From: an uncultured Methanosarcinaceae archaeon
GTDB lineage: Archaea > Halobacteriota > Methanosarcinia > Methanosarcinales > Methanosarcinaceae
NCBI GenBank assembly: GCA_963847185.1
Contig: CAWJYV010000010.1
Location: forward strand, 576,001 to 640,000
Reading direction: 5' to 3'
Length of the DNA stretch: 64,000 nt
Shown here: piece after piece, positions 41,500 through 52,356 of the stretch
Numbering within the stretch: the stretch's first letter is position 1
Layout of the letters: each line of letters starts with the position of its first letter
Position numbers and translations under genes: made by a program
The notes under the pieces: generated by a model
Told to the model about the DNA's origin: nothing
The model's database searches: none
What the model saw: only the letters and a program-made list of their open reading frames with translations

Positions 41500-42115
41500 T
41501 AAAATTGCTGAAAAAAACAGAAAGAAACTTGACAAATATAATGTCTTCTCAGTAAATGTTATGGGGGCAATAGGCTCAGGGAAGACTACTCTTATAGAAG
41601 AGGCGATCAAGCACCTTAAAGACAAGTACAAAATAGCTGTGATCGCAGGCGACGTGATCGCAGAAATGGATGCTTCCCGTTTCCAAAAACTCGGGGTGCC
41701 TACAATTCCTGTAAATACTGGAAAGGAGTGTCACCTGGATGCAAAGCTGGTGGAAAAAGCTCTTGATGAAATCGACCTTGATAATACTGATCTCCTGCTA
41801 ATTGAAAACGTAGGCAACCTTATTTGTCCTGTAGACTTCAAACTGGGGGAACACCTGAGAGTTGTGGCCGTGAGTGTCACAGAAGGAGACGACATTATCC
41901 TTAAGCACCCCATGATTTTCAAGACTGCAGAACTTGCAATCATAAACAAAGTTGATATTGCCCATGCAGTTGATGTCGATGAAGAAAAAATGCGAGACGA
42001 TATTCTTTCCTTAAACCCTGATGTGCCTGTCCTCCTGACTTCGAAACATGACTGGGAAAGTCTTGAAACCTGGATTGGCTTCATCGAGCTTGGACTAAAG
42101 AAAATGCAGAAATAA
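41441..42115 (+). CDS. hypB: Nickel-insertion GTPase
   Basis: GAIGSGKT, ECHLDA, ENVGNLICP, NKVD. Confidence 0.96.
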   Translation: MMFMLMHVIHMGHDVFKANDKIAEKNRKKLDKYNVFSVNVMGAIGSGKTTLIEEAIKHLKDKYKIAVIAGDVIAEMDASRFQKLGVPTIPVNTGKECHLDAKLVEKALDEIDLDNTDLLLIENVGNLICPVDFKLGEHLRVVAVSVTEGDDIILKHPMIFKTAELAIINKVDIAHAVDVDEEKMRDDILSLNPDVPVLLTSKHDWESLETWIGFIELGLKKMQK

Positions 42116-42207
42116 AAAAATGGACTTTTAACCCTATTTAGGCTTATAAAGTCTTTAGTCTATAATATGATTAATTTAAAGCAATAAGCGGACAAAAGGA
42201 GCCTTAA

Positions 42208-43254
42208 ATGAAATCCAATTCAATTTCTCTTGAACACGGTGCAGGCGGAGAGGTGATGCAGGCACTTATAGGAGAGATAATCCTTAAAAATTTCCGCAAT
42301 AAAAGTGCAGGTTCTGTTGGGCTTGAATGCCTTGACGACGGGTCCACGGTCAGGCTTGAGAACTTTAACGATGCATCCGAACTCGTGCTGACTACAGACA
42401 GCCATGTGATTACTCCTGCCTTTTTCCCGGATACAAATATAGGAAGACTTGCAGTTGCAGGCACAATCAATGACCTTACGGTTATGGGAGCAAGGCCGCT
42501 TGCCCTTACCTGTGCGGTTGTAGTTCCTGAAGGTTTTTCTCTACAGGAATTCGAAGAAATCATCAAAACAATGGATCAAACTGCTGCAGAAGTTGGAGTA
42601 CCTATAATCACAGGCGATACGAAAACTATGGAGAAAACCGCCCTTGATTCGATTATCCTTAACACTGCAGGCCTTGGAATTACAGATAGTCCGGTAAGGG
42701 ATTCAGGCCTTAAGCCGGGAGACAGAATCCTTGTCACAGGTACTATAGGGGACCATGGGATCTCTCTTATGGCTCACAGGGAAGGTTTTGACTTCGATAC
42801 CGACCTGGTCTCGGATTCAGCTCCCCTCTGGAAACTCATAGAGCCTGTTCTTAAGCTCAGGACCCCAGACGGAGAACCAGTCGTTACCGCAATGAAAGAT
42901 CCCACACGTGGAGGGCTTGCAAATACCCTTAACGAAATGGCAGCAAAATCCGGAGCAGGCATTCTTATTGAAGAAGACTGGATTCCTTTTAAGCCTGCAG
43001 TCTCTGCAGCCTGTGAGATGCTCGGCCTTGACCCTCTGGAGGTTGCAAACGAAGGTAAAGCAGTTATGGGAGTTAAGCCCGGATTTGAAGAAGAAGTCCT
43101 TTCCCTCCTCAGGCAGCACCCTTACGGTAAAAATGCCGCCGTTATAGGAGAGGTCACTGCAGACAATCATGGAGAGGTAATTCTCAGAAACCGTTTTGGC
43201 GGCATGCGTTATGTTGACGTGCCAGCCGGAGACCCGATTCCCAGGGTCTGTTGA
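42208..43254 (+). CDS. hypE: Carbamoyl dehydratase
   Basis: HGAGG, TTDSHV, GTINDL, DPTRGG, C-terminal PRVC. Confidence 0.96.
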   Translation: MKSNSISLEHGAGGEVMQALIGEIILKNFRNKSAGSVGLECLDDGSTVRLENFNDASELVLTTDSHVITPAFFPDTNIGRLAVAGTINDLTVMGARPLALTCAVVVPEGFSLQEFEEIIKTMDQTAAEVGVPIITGDTKTMEKTALDSIILNTAGLGITDSPVRDSGLKPGDRILVTGTIGDHGISLMAHREGFDFDTDLVSDSAPLWKLIEPVLKLRTPDGEPVVTAMKDPTRGGLANTLNEMAAKSGAGILIEEDWIPFKPAVSAACEMLGLDPLEVANEGKAVMGVKPGFEEEVLSLLRQHPYGKNAAVIGEVTADNHGEVILRNRFGGMRYVDVPAGDPIPRVC

Positions 43255-43269
43255 CCCCGAGTTGCGCTT

Positions 43270-43430
43270 CCCGAATTGCGATTCGGGATCACAGGAAATC
43301 AGAGATTTTCTGGGAGTTTCACTGCAAGTGAAACAGCCCGCAGTCCGTTTCGCTCCACTCCGTTTCGCTCAAGCAGACTAATTTATGGATAATTAATACT
43401 GATTCGAACTCGCTCAAGCAGACTAATTTT
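43270..43430. repeat. Dispersed non-coding repeat, copy 2 (with internal duplication)
   Basis: CCCGAATTGCGATTCGGG hairpin; TCGCTCAAGCAGACTAATTT occurs twice. Confidence 0.7.
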
Positions 43431-43476
43431 TGTTATTAATTTTTTTATTTTTTACAACTGGGTAAGGAGCCAGAGT

Positions 43477-43824
43477 GTGAAACGGGATCATGTTGTGGAA
43501 GAAGAATTGTGGCGATCAGTTGCAGTATACTTTATTTCTTTTTTGATCGTTGGAATTCTGGATTATGAAGGATACTTCTCAGTAGGGGGTCTTGGAACTT
43601 TTGTCTGGGCCTTTGTTTTGACAGCAATACATTTCACTCTCATGGTCAGGTATAGAAAAAAAGAGCAATTAACAGATCCTTCAATCTTTTCAATAATAGA
43701 CGATTTGTTTCAGCCAAAAAGGCCTGAAGAGAGAAACGGCATACATCCGGCTTCAGGGCAAAATTTCCGTCTTATTATGATGATACTGGTCATTGGATAC
43801 CTTATTTATCGGTACGCACTCTGA
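43477..43824 (+). CDS. Small membrane protein (about 3 TM)
   Basis: Hydrophobic segments; SD-like AAGGAG upstream. Confidence 0.65.
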   Translation: MKRDHVVEEELWRSVAVYFISFLIVGILDYEGYFSVGGLGTFVWAFVLTAIHFTLMVRYRKKEQLTDPSIFSIIDDLFQPKRPEERNGIHPASGQNFRLIMMILVIGYLIYRYAL

Positions 43825-44061
43825 AGTATGAACCTGGGAAAACTTTGAATTTTCTATATTTTTTACTATTCTACAAAAAAGGAAATTTTCTTGACTACAT
43901 GAGTTAAAATTAAAACAAATATAAATACTTCCTATAATAATACTTCCTACAATAATACATCCTAATAATATCCTGTAAAGCACCTCAGTAATAAAGGATG
44001 GTAAGGAAAAGTATCATTTTAGTAAAAATAAGGATCTGTTAGACCAGAAGGAGACACGATC

Positions 44062-44604
44062 ATGATGATGAATTTTAAGGGCAAAAGACCGAAAATCTCG
44101 GAGACTGCTTTTATTGCGGATTCTGCTGATGTGATAGGCGATGTTGAGGTTGGAGATTTTTCAAGTGTATGGTTTGGTGCGGTTATCCGGGGAGACAGGA
44201 ATAAAATAAAAATTGGAAATAGGACAAGTATTCAGGATAATGTGGTGATCCATGCAGATCCTGAGAATAGGGTTGAGATTGGGGATAATGTAAGTATTGG
44301 ACATGGAGCTGTGCTTCATGGGTGCAAAATTGAAAGCAATGTGCTTATCGGAATGAATTCTACACTGTTAAATGGGGCTGAAATAGGAAAAAATTCTATC
44401 GTAGGTGCAAATGCATTGATTCCTGAAGGTAAAAAATTTCCTGAGAACAGTCTGATTATTGGAGTTCCTGGGATGGTGAAGCGAGAAACAGAGGAATCCG
44501 AAGTTAAAGCTATAGCAGAAAACGCTATAGAATATGTTGAATTTGTCAGAGAATACAGAGAAGAAATGAGAATACACAAGTTCTCCGAAGAAATGACTCG
44601 CTAA
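44062..44604 (+). CDS. Gamma carbonic anhydrase family (CamH/YrdA-like) hexapeptide-repeat protein
   Basis: VIGDVEVG, SVWFGAVIRGD, IQDNVVIH, IGHGAVLHGC (three Zn-ligand His residues). Confidence 0.92.
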   Translation: MMMNFKGKRPKISETAFIADSADVIGDVEVGDFSSVWFGAVIRGDRNKIKIGNRTSIQDNVVIHADPENRVEIGDNVSIGHGAVLHGCKIESNVLIGMNSTLLNGAEIGKNSIVGANALIPEGKKFPENSLIIGVPGMVKRETEESEVKAIAENAIEYVEFVREYREEMRIHKFSEEMTR

Positions 44605-44933
44605 ATAAACCGTGAAAATAATGAGAATCTGAAAATCTGAAAACAATTCAGGTTATCCTGTATGGTGTTAACTGATTAATCATACAAAAAAATGTACTAT
44701 TATTTTTTCTCCTGGTAAAACCAGTATTCTAGAGGGTCTTAAAAGATGCATAGGTTTCAACAAAACTATGCATCGTGAAAAAGGTAAATCCTGTTTTTGT
44801 GGTGGAAATAAGATATGGAACCAGTTAAATTTACAGAACACTCGCCACACTGCCAGGAGTTTTGGGAGAAACAAACATTCACACACAAAATGTAGTATTA
44901 TTAAAAATGGTAACTATGGATTACATAGTGGGG

Positions 44934-45332
44934 TTATTGTTTCAAAGTCCCGACAACAGGATAATCCTTTAATATTTCAGCCCCGTGTGGTGTCTTGTCC
45001 ATTTCTTCAGTGATGTCCTTCCCTGCAGTGCATCCCTCATGATCGCCATTTTTCCAAAGATAACTATCAGAAGAGACATCATAGACCTGGCCTTGATAGG
45101 CAACGTATATCGTCCCATTTTTACCGTTATACTCTGCAAGTTCTTCAAGTGTATATTCTTTTAGTTCCGTTTTCTCAGTCGCATCCTGCATTTCAGTTGC
45201 AGTCTGTTTTTCAGTTGCCTCTTCTCCAGTAGGAGTAGCTACTTCAACTTGAGTTGTCAGTTTATTTTCCGCGCACCCTATTGTGAGAAATACGCCAAAC
45301 AACACTATCAATACAATCAGTGTTTTTCTCAT
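44934..45332 (-). CDS. Cytochrome b5-like heme/steroid-binding lipoprotein
   Basis: Lipobox LTIGC; YTLEELAEYNG...YVAYQGQVYDVS...H..AGKDIT...PHG...VVG. Confidence 0.85.
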   Translation of the reverse strand: MRKTLIVLIVLFGVFLTIGCAENKLTTQVEVATPTGEEATEKQTATEMQDATEKTELKEYTLEELAEYNGKNGTIYVAYQGQVYDVSSDSYLWKNGDHEGCTAGKDITEEMDKTPHGAEILKDYPVVGTLKQ

Positions 45333-45431
45333 TATTTCACCAATACAATATGAATTTCTTATTAATTACTCGGTTCCAAAACGAAGCAGTGAATTTCTAT
45401 CGAAGGCACAGATGTGGCTTTGATTAATGTC

Positions 45432-46847
45432 TTAATCAAAAAACTGACATACTTCCCACGCAAACTGTGGTGAAGTTTCTTCGCTGGCTGTACTTTTACG
45501 GAAGGTAGTACGGTCCGGAATCTTTCGAGGGGTATCAGTGCTCCCTTTCCCTGCATCTCTTTCTACAGGAAATTGACCGATGCCTTTTGGCGTCAGCGCG
45601 ATATTAAAGGCAGCATTGACATCGGCATGGTCAACGTGCCCGCAATGTGGGCACTCAAATCGCTTGCTATGTCGGTTGCCTGTAAGTCCGCAGCGACTGC
45701 ACTTCTTGCTTGTCGCATGAGGATCAATATAGACTACCTCTACTCCCCGCAACCTGGCCTTATATTCGATAAACTGCTGAAGCTGATGGAAAGACCAGTT
45801 GTTCAGAGAGTATTCATTTGAATACATGAGTTTTTTGACTCTGCTTTCTTTTTTGACACTACTTTCGTTTTTGACGAGGTTTTTGTTTATTCTATTGCTT
45901 TTGCTTTTGTCTCCGTTTTGTTCCCTTTTTTCGGCTTTGCTTTTATTTATATTACTTTTTCCTGCATCTTGGATTTTGTTTTTTAGTTTCTTGATTCCTT
46001 TCAGATTTTCGAGTTTAATCCCACACCCGTTATACAGGGCAACCTCCACAATCTTTCGGCTTATTTTATGGTTCAGATCCTTTACAATGTTCTTTTCTCT
46101 TTGTTTGACAGCTTTTAGTTGTTTATTTTTGCCTCTCTTCTTGAGCCGGTTTTTTATATTCTCGTATTTTTTATTTGTGTGATGGCGCATTTTTCCTAAC
46201 TTCCAGATTTTTCCGGAATTTGGGTCTGCTACAACTGCTATATGCCCCTTGGTGTTTCGGTCAACTCCTATATAGCTCCCGGAACTTTCGGGTTTTTCAT
46301 CAGGGAAAACAACAGCTACATAAGCATAGGTATTATCGATTTCTATCTGGGAGATTTTCTTGAAGTTACCGGAAAAATGATAGTTAAGCAGGAGTTTCAG
46401 GCAGGGTATTCTAAGGATTCTCTCTTTCCTGTCTATACTGATCGCCCGTGAAGGAATAATCAGTTTCACATTCTTTCCGGATCTGAAGTTCTGGTTATGG
46501 GAGCATTTCCTGAGGATCTGGCCGGAAATTATTGATTTCAAGCCTATGTGCTTGACATCTCTGGGAGAAATAGATCCATAATCCGGAAATGAATCAGGTA
46601 CAGACAGAGAATCGAAAGAAAGAGGAGTAGAAGAAGCAGCTAGAAAGTCAGGAGAAAGTTCAGACGAAGAAGCAGAGAGCGAAGATAAACACGGAGAAGG
46701 AAGAAAAAAATCAGATTTTTCTTTGGGAAGCGGGTTAAGGCCTCGGTTTTGAGTATGATGTTTGATACATAACTCAGCAACCTTCCGAGCTTTTCTGAGT
46801 TCCTCTGAAAAATCTCTTTTGTGCTTGATTTTGTATGTTAGTATCAT
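45432..46847 (-). CDS. tnpB: TnpB RNA-guided endonuclease (IS200/IS605 family), solo, with low-complexity insertions
   Basis: RuvC-I GVDRN, RuvC-II KLENL, WSFHQLQQFIEYKA, TSKKCSRCG...CPHCG zinc ribbon, RuvC-III HADVNAAFNI; no tnpA nearby. Confidence 0.9.
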   Translation of the reverse strand: MILTYKIKHKRDFSEELRKARKVAELCIKHHTQNRGLNPLPKEKSDFFLPSPCLSSLSASSSELSPDFLAASSTPLSFDSLSVPDSFPDYGSISPRDVKHIGLKSIISGQILRKCSHNQNFRSGKNVKLIIPSRAISIDRKERILRIPCLKLLLNYHFSGNFKKISQIEIDNTYAYVAVVFPDEKPESSGSYIGVDRNTKGHIAVVADPNSGKIWKLGKMRHHTNKKYENIKNRLKKRGKNKQLKAVKQREKNIVKDLNHKISRKIVEVALYNGCGIKLENLKGIKKLKNKIQDAGKSNINKSKAEKREQNGDKSKSNRINKNLVKNESSVKKESRVKKLMYSNEYSLNNWSFHQLQQFIEYKARLRGVEVVYIDPHATSKKCSRCGLTGNRHSKRFECPHCGHVDHADVNAAFNIALTPKGIGQFPVERDAGKGSTDTPRKIPDRTTFRKSTASEETSPQFAWEVCQFFD

Positions 46848-47086
46848 CCGGGTTATTACCCCACGATCAATATTCTTTATATTGTTTCATGTTTTAATTG
46901 CGTAAGTCCTATATCATGTTTCAATTGCTTAAGCCCTATCTTATAAAATTAACATGCAGGATAAACTGCAGTACTCCCTGTAATCGGTTCTAACGGTTTA
47001 GAAATGAGGGCACCATGCTTAAAAAGCAAAGAACATCGCAGTTGCATGCGCAATATGATCAATTCCCCGTGATTTTTGTAATAAAT

Positions 47087-48091
47087 TTATACTGTTAGAT
47101 TAACTACTTTTTCGATCCTGGAAACCAGGGACTTCTCAGATCTCATGTACATATAAGCAGGAAGTCCAGATCTGGAGAAATTTTGGAAAAATCTCATTGC
47201 CAGACCGTTAATTCTGGGAAATTCTCTGATCCTCTCATTTGCAAAGAAACCTATCAGCCTGTCAAAGGTCCTCACATTTGTGGTGAAATCCATTTCCCTC
47301 CTTACATTTCTATCCATGGAGAACACCAGTTCAACCCAGGCATTAAGCTCTTTTGTGAGGTGCCGCCAGGATCCTCCTTCTACTACCATATAGGACCGGC
47401 CATTTTTAATGTTATCAAAGTATTCTCTAAAAGAGTCGCCCTTTGCAAGAGTATAAACTGCACCCATACCTCCTGTATGGCTGTCTGTGGTGGCAGCAAG
47501 CCCTTTTCCATATTTTCTGGCAAGTGCAGCCGTAATCAGGTTTTTTTCCGTTAAGTCCTGCATATTGTATTCGACAACCGGAAACTGTTTTATGAGTTCA
47601 GGTACGGCTCTGAGGTTAGGACGATCTCCTATAGCAAACCAAAAGGGATGATTGTAAATGTATGGTAGATTGTGGGTCCTGAGATAACGGACAAAACTTT
47701 TAAAATCATGCTCCTGATTTGCAATCGTTTCAAGTTCTCCGAACTCTTCTGAGTCAAGCTCAAAAACATTAACGTGAAGGGTATGCCCTATATTTTCAGG
47801 GTCTTTGATTGAAATCTCAACTCCTGGAACCAACCCTTCTCTATCCCAGCCAAGCAGATCGTAAGCTTTGACAGTATCATGGTCTGTAAAAGTTACAAAA
47901 TCAAGCCCCTTAGCTCTTGCTTTTTCAAAAAGAACTTCAGGATGCATTGCTTGTGCTGGAGGAACATCGTAGGAACAGGAGGAGTGGACATGAAGATCCA
48001 TCTTTTTCCATCCTTCCTGAAGCAAAGTTTCTGCAAGCTCAGAGTTTATTGTTGTTTTAGGATTATTTCCGGGTTTTCCTTGCATAAACAA
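47087..48091 (-). CDS. PHP-domain metal-dependent phosphoesterase
   Basis: DLHVHS, TDHD, GVE, NHP, TDSH. Confidence 0.85.
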   Translation of the reverse strand: MFMQGKPGNNPKTTINSELAETLLQEGWKKMDLHVHSSCSYDVPPAQAMHPEVLFEKARAKGLDFVTFTDHDTVKAYDLLGWDREGLVPGVEISIKDPENIGHTLHVNVFELDSEEFGELETIANQEHDFKSFVRYLRTHNLPYIYNHPFWFAIGDRPNLRAVPELIKQFPVVEYNMQDLTEKNLITAALARKYGKGLAATTDSHTGGMGAVYTLAKGDSFREYFDNIKNGRSYMVVEGGSWRHLTKELNAWVELVFSMDRNVRREMDFTTNVRTFDRLIGFFANERIREFPRINGLAMRFFQNFSRSGLPAYMYMRSEKSLVSRIEKVVNLTV

Positions 48092-48880
48092 GCACTACCA
48101 CTTTTTTCAGATAGTCTTTTTTAATCTTTAAAAATCTAGAGAATTCTTATCCAGTTAATAGGAGGAAGGAGAATATATATAGATTTTTCGCTCAAATCAA
48201 TACTTTTTATTTTTTTATGTGTTATATTGAAAAATAAAGATATTTTCAAAAAAATTAAGGTTAAAATAGAGTAAAAAGCATAAAATAAGAAGGGAAGGAG
48301 AGTAGATAGATCCTGAGAAGACTATTTTCAGCTCAGTTTTGAAGAAAATTATTAAAGTATTCCGGAGTAAAAAAGGCATATAAATCCCTCTTTTTAATAG
48401 AAAATCCCATTAACAAGGGAAACGATGGTGAATATATCTGAAAAAAATTAGAAATACTAAAAAATATAGATTTTATAAAAAATATCAATGCTTTCAAAAG
48501 TTATTGTATAGAAAAAAGGAAATGTATATATATGTAAGACGACTATCACTAATTGTAGCGTGGGACTGAAATATACGAACAGATCGGAGAAACGTACCAT
48601 CAAAAACAATCCAGACCATGTTACTCTTTTCATATTGGGATGTTACCTCAAATCTCTTCTTTCTATTTTTTAGCTATCAGAGAATGGCTTTAAACTTCAG
48701 GATAGAATCTTTCAGTTGCTGCCTTTTATAATCAGGACTCTAAAGTATTCACAATAATAATACAAAGAGAATACTAGTAGAAAAATAAAAGACATATTTT
48801 AAAGAAAATATAAATAGAATGAAGTAAAAATACGGAGTGGTAAAGAAACTAATCATGCTCAGATATGGAGCTGACATGTA

Positions 48881-50020
48881 GTGAAGATATTACTTTTCAT
48901 ATGTGGAGAAGGGCTAGGACACACAAGTCGTTGCCTTGCACTGGGGAAAGAGTTTCTAGCTGCAGGCCATGAAGTGAACTTTGGAGCATATGGGTACTCA
49001 AAAAAGCTGGTCGAAAAAACGGGATATCGCACACATGAAATCCCTTCCGAAATAAAGCTTGCAGGGGAGACAGGCACTTTTGATATAAGAAAATCTATCA
49101 AAGAAACCCTCGGGAATATTTCTCCTTCAGGGTTCAGAAAGATCCTGAAAATTATTGATGAATTCAAGCCTGATGTAGTACTTTCGGATGGTTATTACAC
49201 TGGCATCCTTGCCGCACAGGTCAAGAAAATTTCAGTTTATTTTATCGGGCATCAGTTCAATATGATAGAATTTTTTCAGGAACAGGGACTTTTGATAGGA
49301 ATAGCAGGAAAAGTAATCAGAAATTTTTACAGTTACATCTTCAGCAGCGTAGATGGAATAATAGTGCCTGATTATCCACTTCCGTATTCCGTAAACCGAA
49401 AAAATTTCACACTTGAAAAAGATATCAACGATACTATCTTTTTTAGCGGCCCCCTTATAAGGTGTAGATACCGTGAAGTCGAATCAAAAACTCTTCCTCG
49501 CCCAAATGTCCTTTCAACCATAGGTGCTTTTGGATACAGGGTAGCCATATTCAGGAGTGTGCTTGAAGCCGCAAAACTGGATCCTGCTATCCATTATACC
49601 TTTATTTCAGGACCTGAAATAGATCCTGATCAGTTTTCACAAATCCCGGAAAATGTCGAATTCACAGGCTTTACAGAAAATCCTTTTCCTTATTACAAAG
49701 GCTCTGACCTGGTAATTACTGCAGGGGGGCACGGAACAATCCTGGAAAGTCTTGCCTTCGGGCTTCCTGTGCTTTCTTTTCCTGACGAAAAACAAATAGA
49801 ACAGGAAAATAATGCAACTGTACTCGAAGAGGAAGGATACGGGAAGAGAATGAACTACCATAATAGACCGGAAGAGATTCTAACCTGCATTCGAGAAGCC
49901 CTGGACGAAGAGCATTACTATACAAAAACCAGAATGCTGAGGGAGCTTGCAGAAGTACTCGATGGACCGACAGCTGTTCGAAAGTTTCTTGAAAGTAAAA
50001 TCGAAGGCAGACCTGGTTGA
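48881..50020 (+). CDS. GT-B glycosyltransferase (MJ1255/MurG-like)
   Basis: CGEGLGHTSR, VLSD, ITAGGHGTILESLAFGLP, EQENNA. Confidence 0.85.
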   Translation: MKILLFICGEGLGHTSRCLALGKEFLAAGHEVNFGAYGYSKKLVEKTGYRTHEIPSEIKLAGETGTFDIRKSIKETLGNISPSGFRKILKIIDEFKPDVVLSDGYYTGILAAQVKKISVYFIGHQFNMIEFFQEQGLLIGIAGKVIRNFYSYIFSSVDGIIVPDYPLPYSVNRKNFTLEKDINDTIFFSGPLIRCRYREVESKTLPRPNVLSTIGAFGYRVAIFRSVLEAAKLDPAIHYTFISGPEIDPDQFSQIPENVEFTGFTENPFPYYKGSDLVITAGGHGTILESLAFGLPVLSFPDEKQIEQENNATVLEEEGYGKRMNYHNRPEEILTCIREALDEEHYYTKTRMLRELAEVLDGPTAVRKFLESKIEGRPG

Positions 50021-50095
50021 GAAGAAAAGCCAGAAGGTGGAAATTAGAACGGTGAGCAGAAAATCAAATAAGAACAAAAACATACCAAAAAAGGA

Positions 50096-51241
50096 ATGAG
50101 GATGAAAATATTAATCTTAATCTGTGGGGAAGGACTGGGACACACAAGCCGCTGCCTTGCGCTGGGAAAAGAGTTCCTAACTACCCAACACAAAGTGCAC
50201 TTTGGGGCTTATGGATACTCAAAAGAGATGGTAGAAAAAGCAGGATATTCGGCATATGAAATACCCTCGGAGATAAAATTAGTTGGAAAGTCTGGAACTC
50301 TGGACGTTGCAGGATCGATTGAGGCAACTCTCAAAAACGCCGACATCCTGGGCGGACCGAAGCTCTTAAAATTTATCCGAGATATCGGTCCTGATGTCGT
50401 AATCTCGGATAGCTATTACCTGGGAGCTCTTGCTGCTTTCACCCTTAGACTCCCTATATATCTTATAGTCAATCAATCAAATATGGAGGAATTTTTCAAA
50501 AACAGAGGAGTGACCCTCAGGGTTCTTGGGGGGCTGACCAGAAAATTCTACAACCAGATTTTTGAAAAAGTAGATAAAATTATTATTCCTGATTACCCTC
50601 TTCCATATACTGTCTGCAGAAAAAATTTGAATTTTATCCAGAAAACCCAGGAAAAGCTGTTTTACAGCGGCCCCCTTATAAAAGAAAAATATGATGATGT
50701 GGAAGAAATTCCTCTTAAGAAACCTCACATTGTTTCCCTTATAGGGGGTTTCGGGTACAGAGAGCCTATTTTCAGAAAAGTCCTCGAAACCGCAAAACTT
50801 GATCCCTCCATTTACTATACCCTCATTTCAGGCCCATCGCTTGATCCCTCAAAACTAGCTGACATGCCAGAAAACGTGCAGCTTCTTGAATTTATAAAAG
50901 ATACCTATCCCTATCTCAGAAGTTCTGAGCTAGTTATAGCTCCTGGAGGCCACAGTACCATGATGGAAGCTCTGAGCTTTGGAATTCCTATCATTTCTTT
51001 TCCTGACAAAGGACATAGTGAACAGGAGAAAAATGCTGAGGTAATAGAAGAGGAAGGCTATGGAAGGATGCTAAGCTACTCTACACCTCCTGAAACCCTT
51101 CTGGAATGTATCCGGGAAATTTTGGAAGACGAGAAATCCAGAATTAAAAATGAAAGACTGAGCAGGCTTGCCAGAGAGCTTGATGGCCCTAAAGCTGTAA
51201 GAGAAATGCTCGAAAAAGAAGTAAAGGAGAAAAATTCCTGA
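50096..51241 (+). CDS. GT-B glycosyltransferase, tandem paralog
   Basis: CGEGLGHTSR, IAPGGHSTMMEALSFGIP, EQEKNA; colinear with the upstream gene. Confidence 0.85.
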   Translation: MRMKILILICGEGLGHTSRCLALGKEFLTTQHKVHFGAYGYSKEMVEKAGYSAYEIPSEIKLVGKSGTLDVAGSIEATLKNADILGGPKLLKFIRDIGPDVVISDSYYLGALAAFTLRLPIYLIVNQSNMEEFFKNRGVTLRVLGGLTRKFYNQIFEKVDKIIIPDYPLPYTVCRKNLNFIQKTQEKLFYSGPLIKEKYDDVEEIPLKKPHIVSLIGGFGYREPIFRKVLETAKLDPSIYYTLISGPSLDPSKLADMPENVQLLEFIKDTYPYLRSSELVIAPGGHSTMMEALSFGIPIISFPDKGHSEQEKNAEVIEEEGYGRMLSYSTPPETLLECIREILEDEKSRIKNERLSRLARELDGPKAVREMLEKEVKEKNS

Positions 51242-51836
51242 AACCTTCCTTAATTACCTGCCATTAGGCTAAGTTATATAATCAGTTTAAAAGAAATTTT
51301 GAGGGTTCCTTGACAAAGAGTAAACTGCGCCTGATATCATCAAGGGGCTTAAAAAGAAATAAACCAGAAGGTGGAATCCAAAGTTTGGGTGAGAAAACCA
51401 ATTGCAAGCAAGTGCCATTGGAGTTCAGCATGCCTTAGAAACTTGACCTATTCTGTAAAGAAGAATCAGCTTATTGAGGATTGTCGGGGACGCTAAAAAT
51501 CTTCTTTTCCGCAGCCTGATAACAAGATTTCTTGAGACCTTCCAGGACAAGTAATATACCAGTGCTCCCTATGTTATCACCGAATACAGAGCCAGATTTT
51601 AGAGTAGATAACTCCTCTTTAGAAGCAGATCAGCCGCTGATCGAAGAGGAAAAGTGTATGATTCCGAATCAGGTCCTGAAGTTCTGAGAGATCAATTTTT
51701 CCCCTCTTAAAAGATGGTGATCGATCTCTTGAAGGTGAGCTTTAAAAAGTTGACCCGAAGATAAGCTCCATCGAGATTAATTCTCTGATTCTCAGTAAGC
51801 CAGTATACAAGAAGGTTATATTGTGGCTTGTATGTT

Positions 51837-52064
51837 TTAATTGAGTTTTATTTTGTGGATGATTAAGGAGGGTATACTTACAATTACCATTGTGATTATG
51901 AGACACATAATGTACGTTTTTGGATCAAATTGCAACGGTAATAACAGGTTCTTCTCGAGTACATAGTATATGATAATATATAGTACAGAAGTTGAGAGTA
52001 TGAGATTTACTATTAAATTTAATGAAGAGTATCGTTTCTGTTCTGATGCAGTTATCTGATCCAT
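51837..52064 (-). CDS. Small 2-TM membrane protein
   Basis: MDQITASEQKRY... after the SD AAGGAG; two hydrophobic helices. Confidence 0.55.
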   Translation of the reverse strand: MDQITASEQKRYSSLNLIVNLILSTSVLYIIIYYVLEKNLLLPLQFDPKTYIMCLIITMVIVSIPSLIIHKIKLN

Positions 52065-52356
52065 TGAAATTCTCCTTTGCACTACATATTTACTCCAACA
52101 CATAAAATATTTTGCTATAGTTTTCTTTCGTGTTCATTTGTTGAGAAGCTATTCTAAAACCACCCTATTATGAGTTGGTTACCTGCTACTCTTTTAATAA
52201 TTATACAATATTCAGGTTCTTACAATTGCGTCATTTTCTGTACAGGCATATCATTTTTTATAGAGAGTTACAAAATAACCTATTGGAATAAGACATTCTA
52301 CCTGTTGCTTTTGACATGGTTTCTTGCCGCAGCTCAGAAGAAATGCAAAAATTAAG

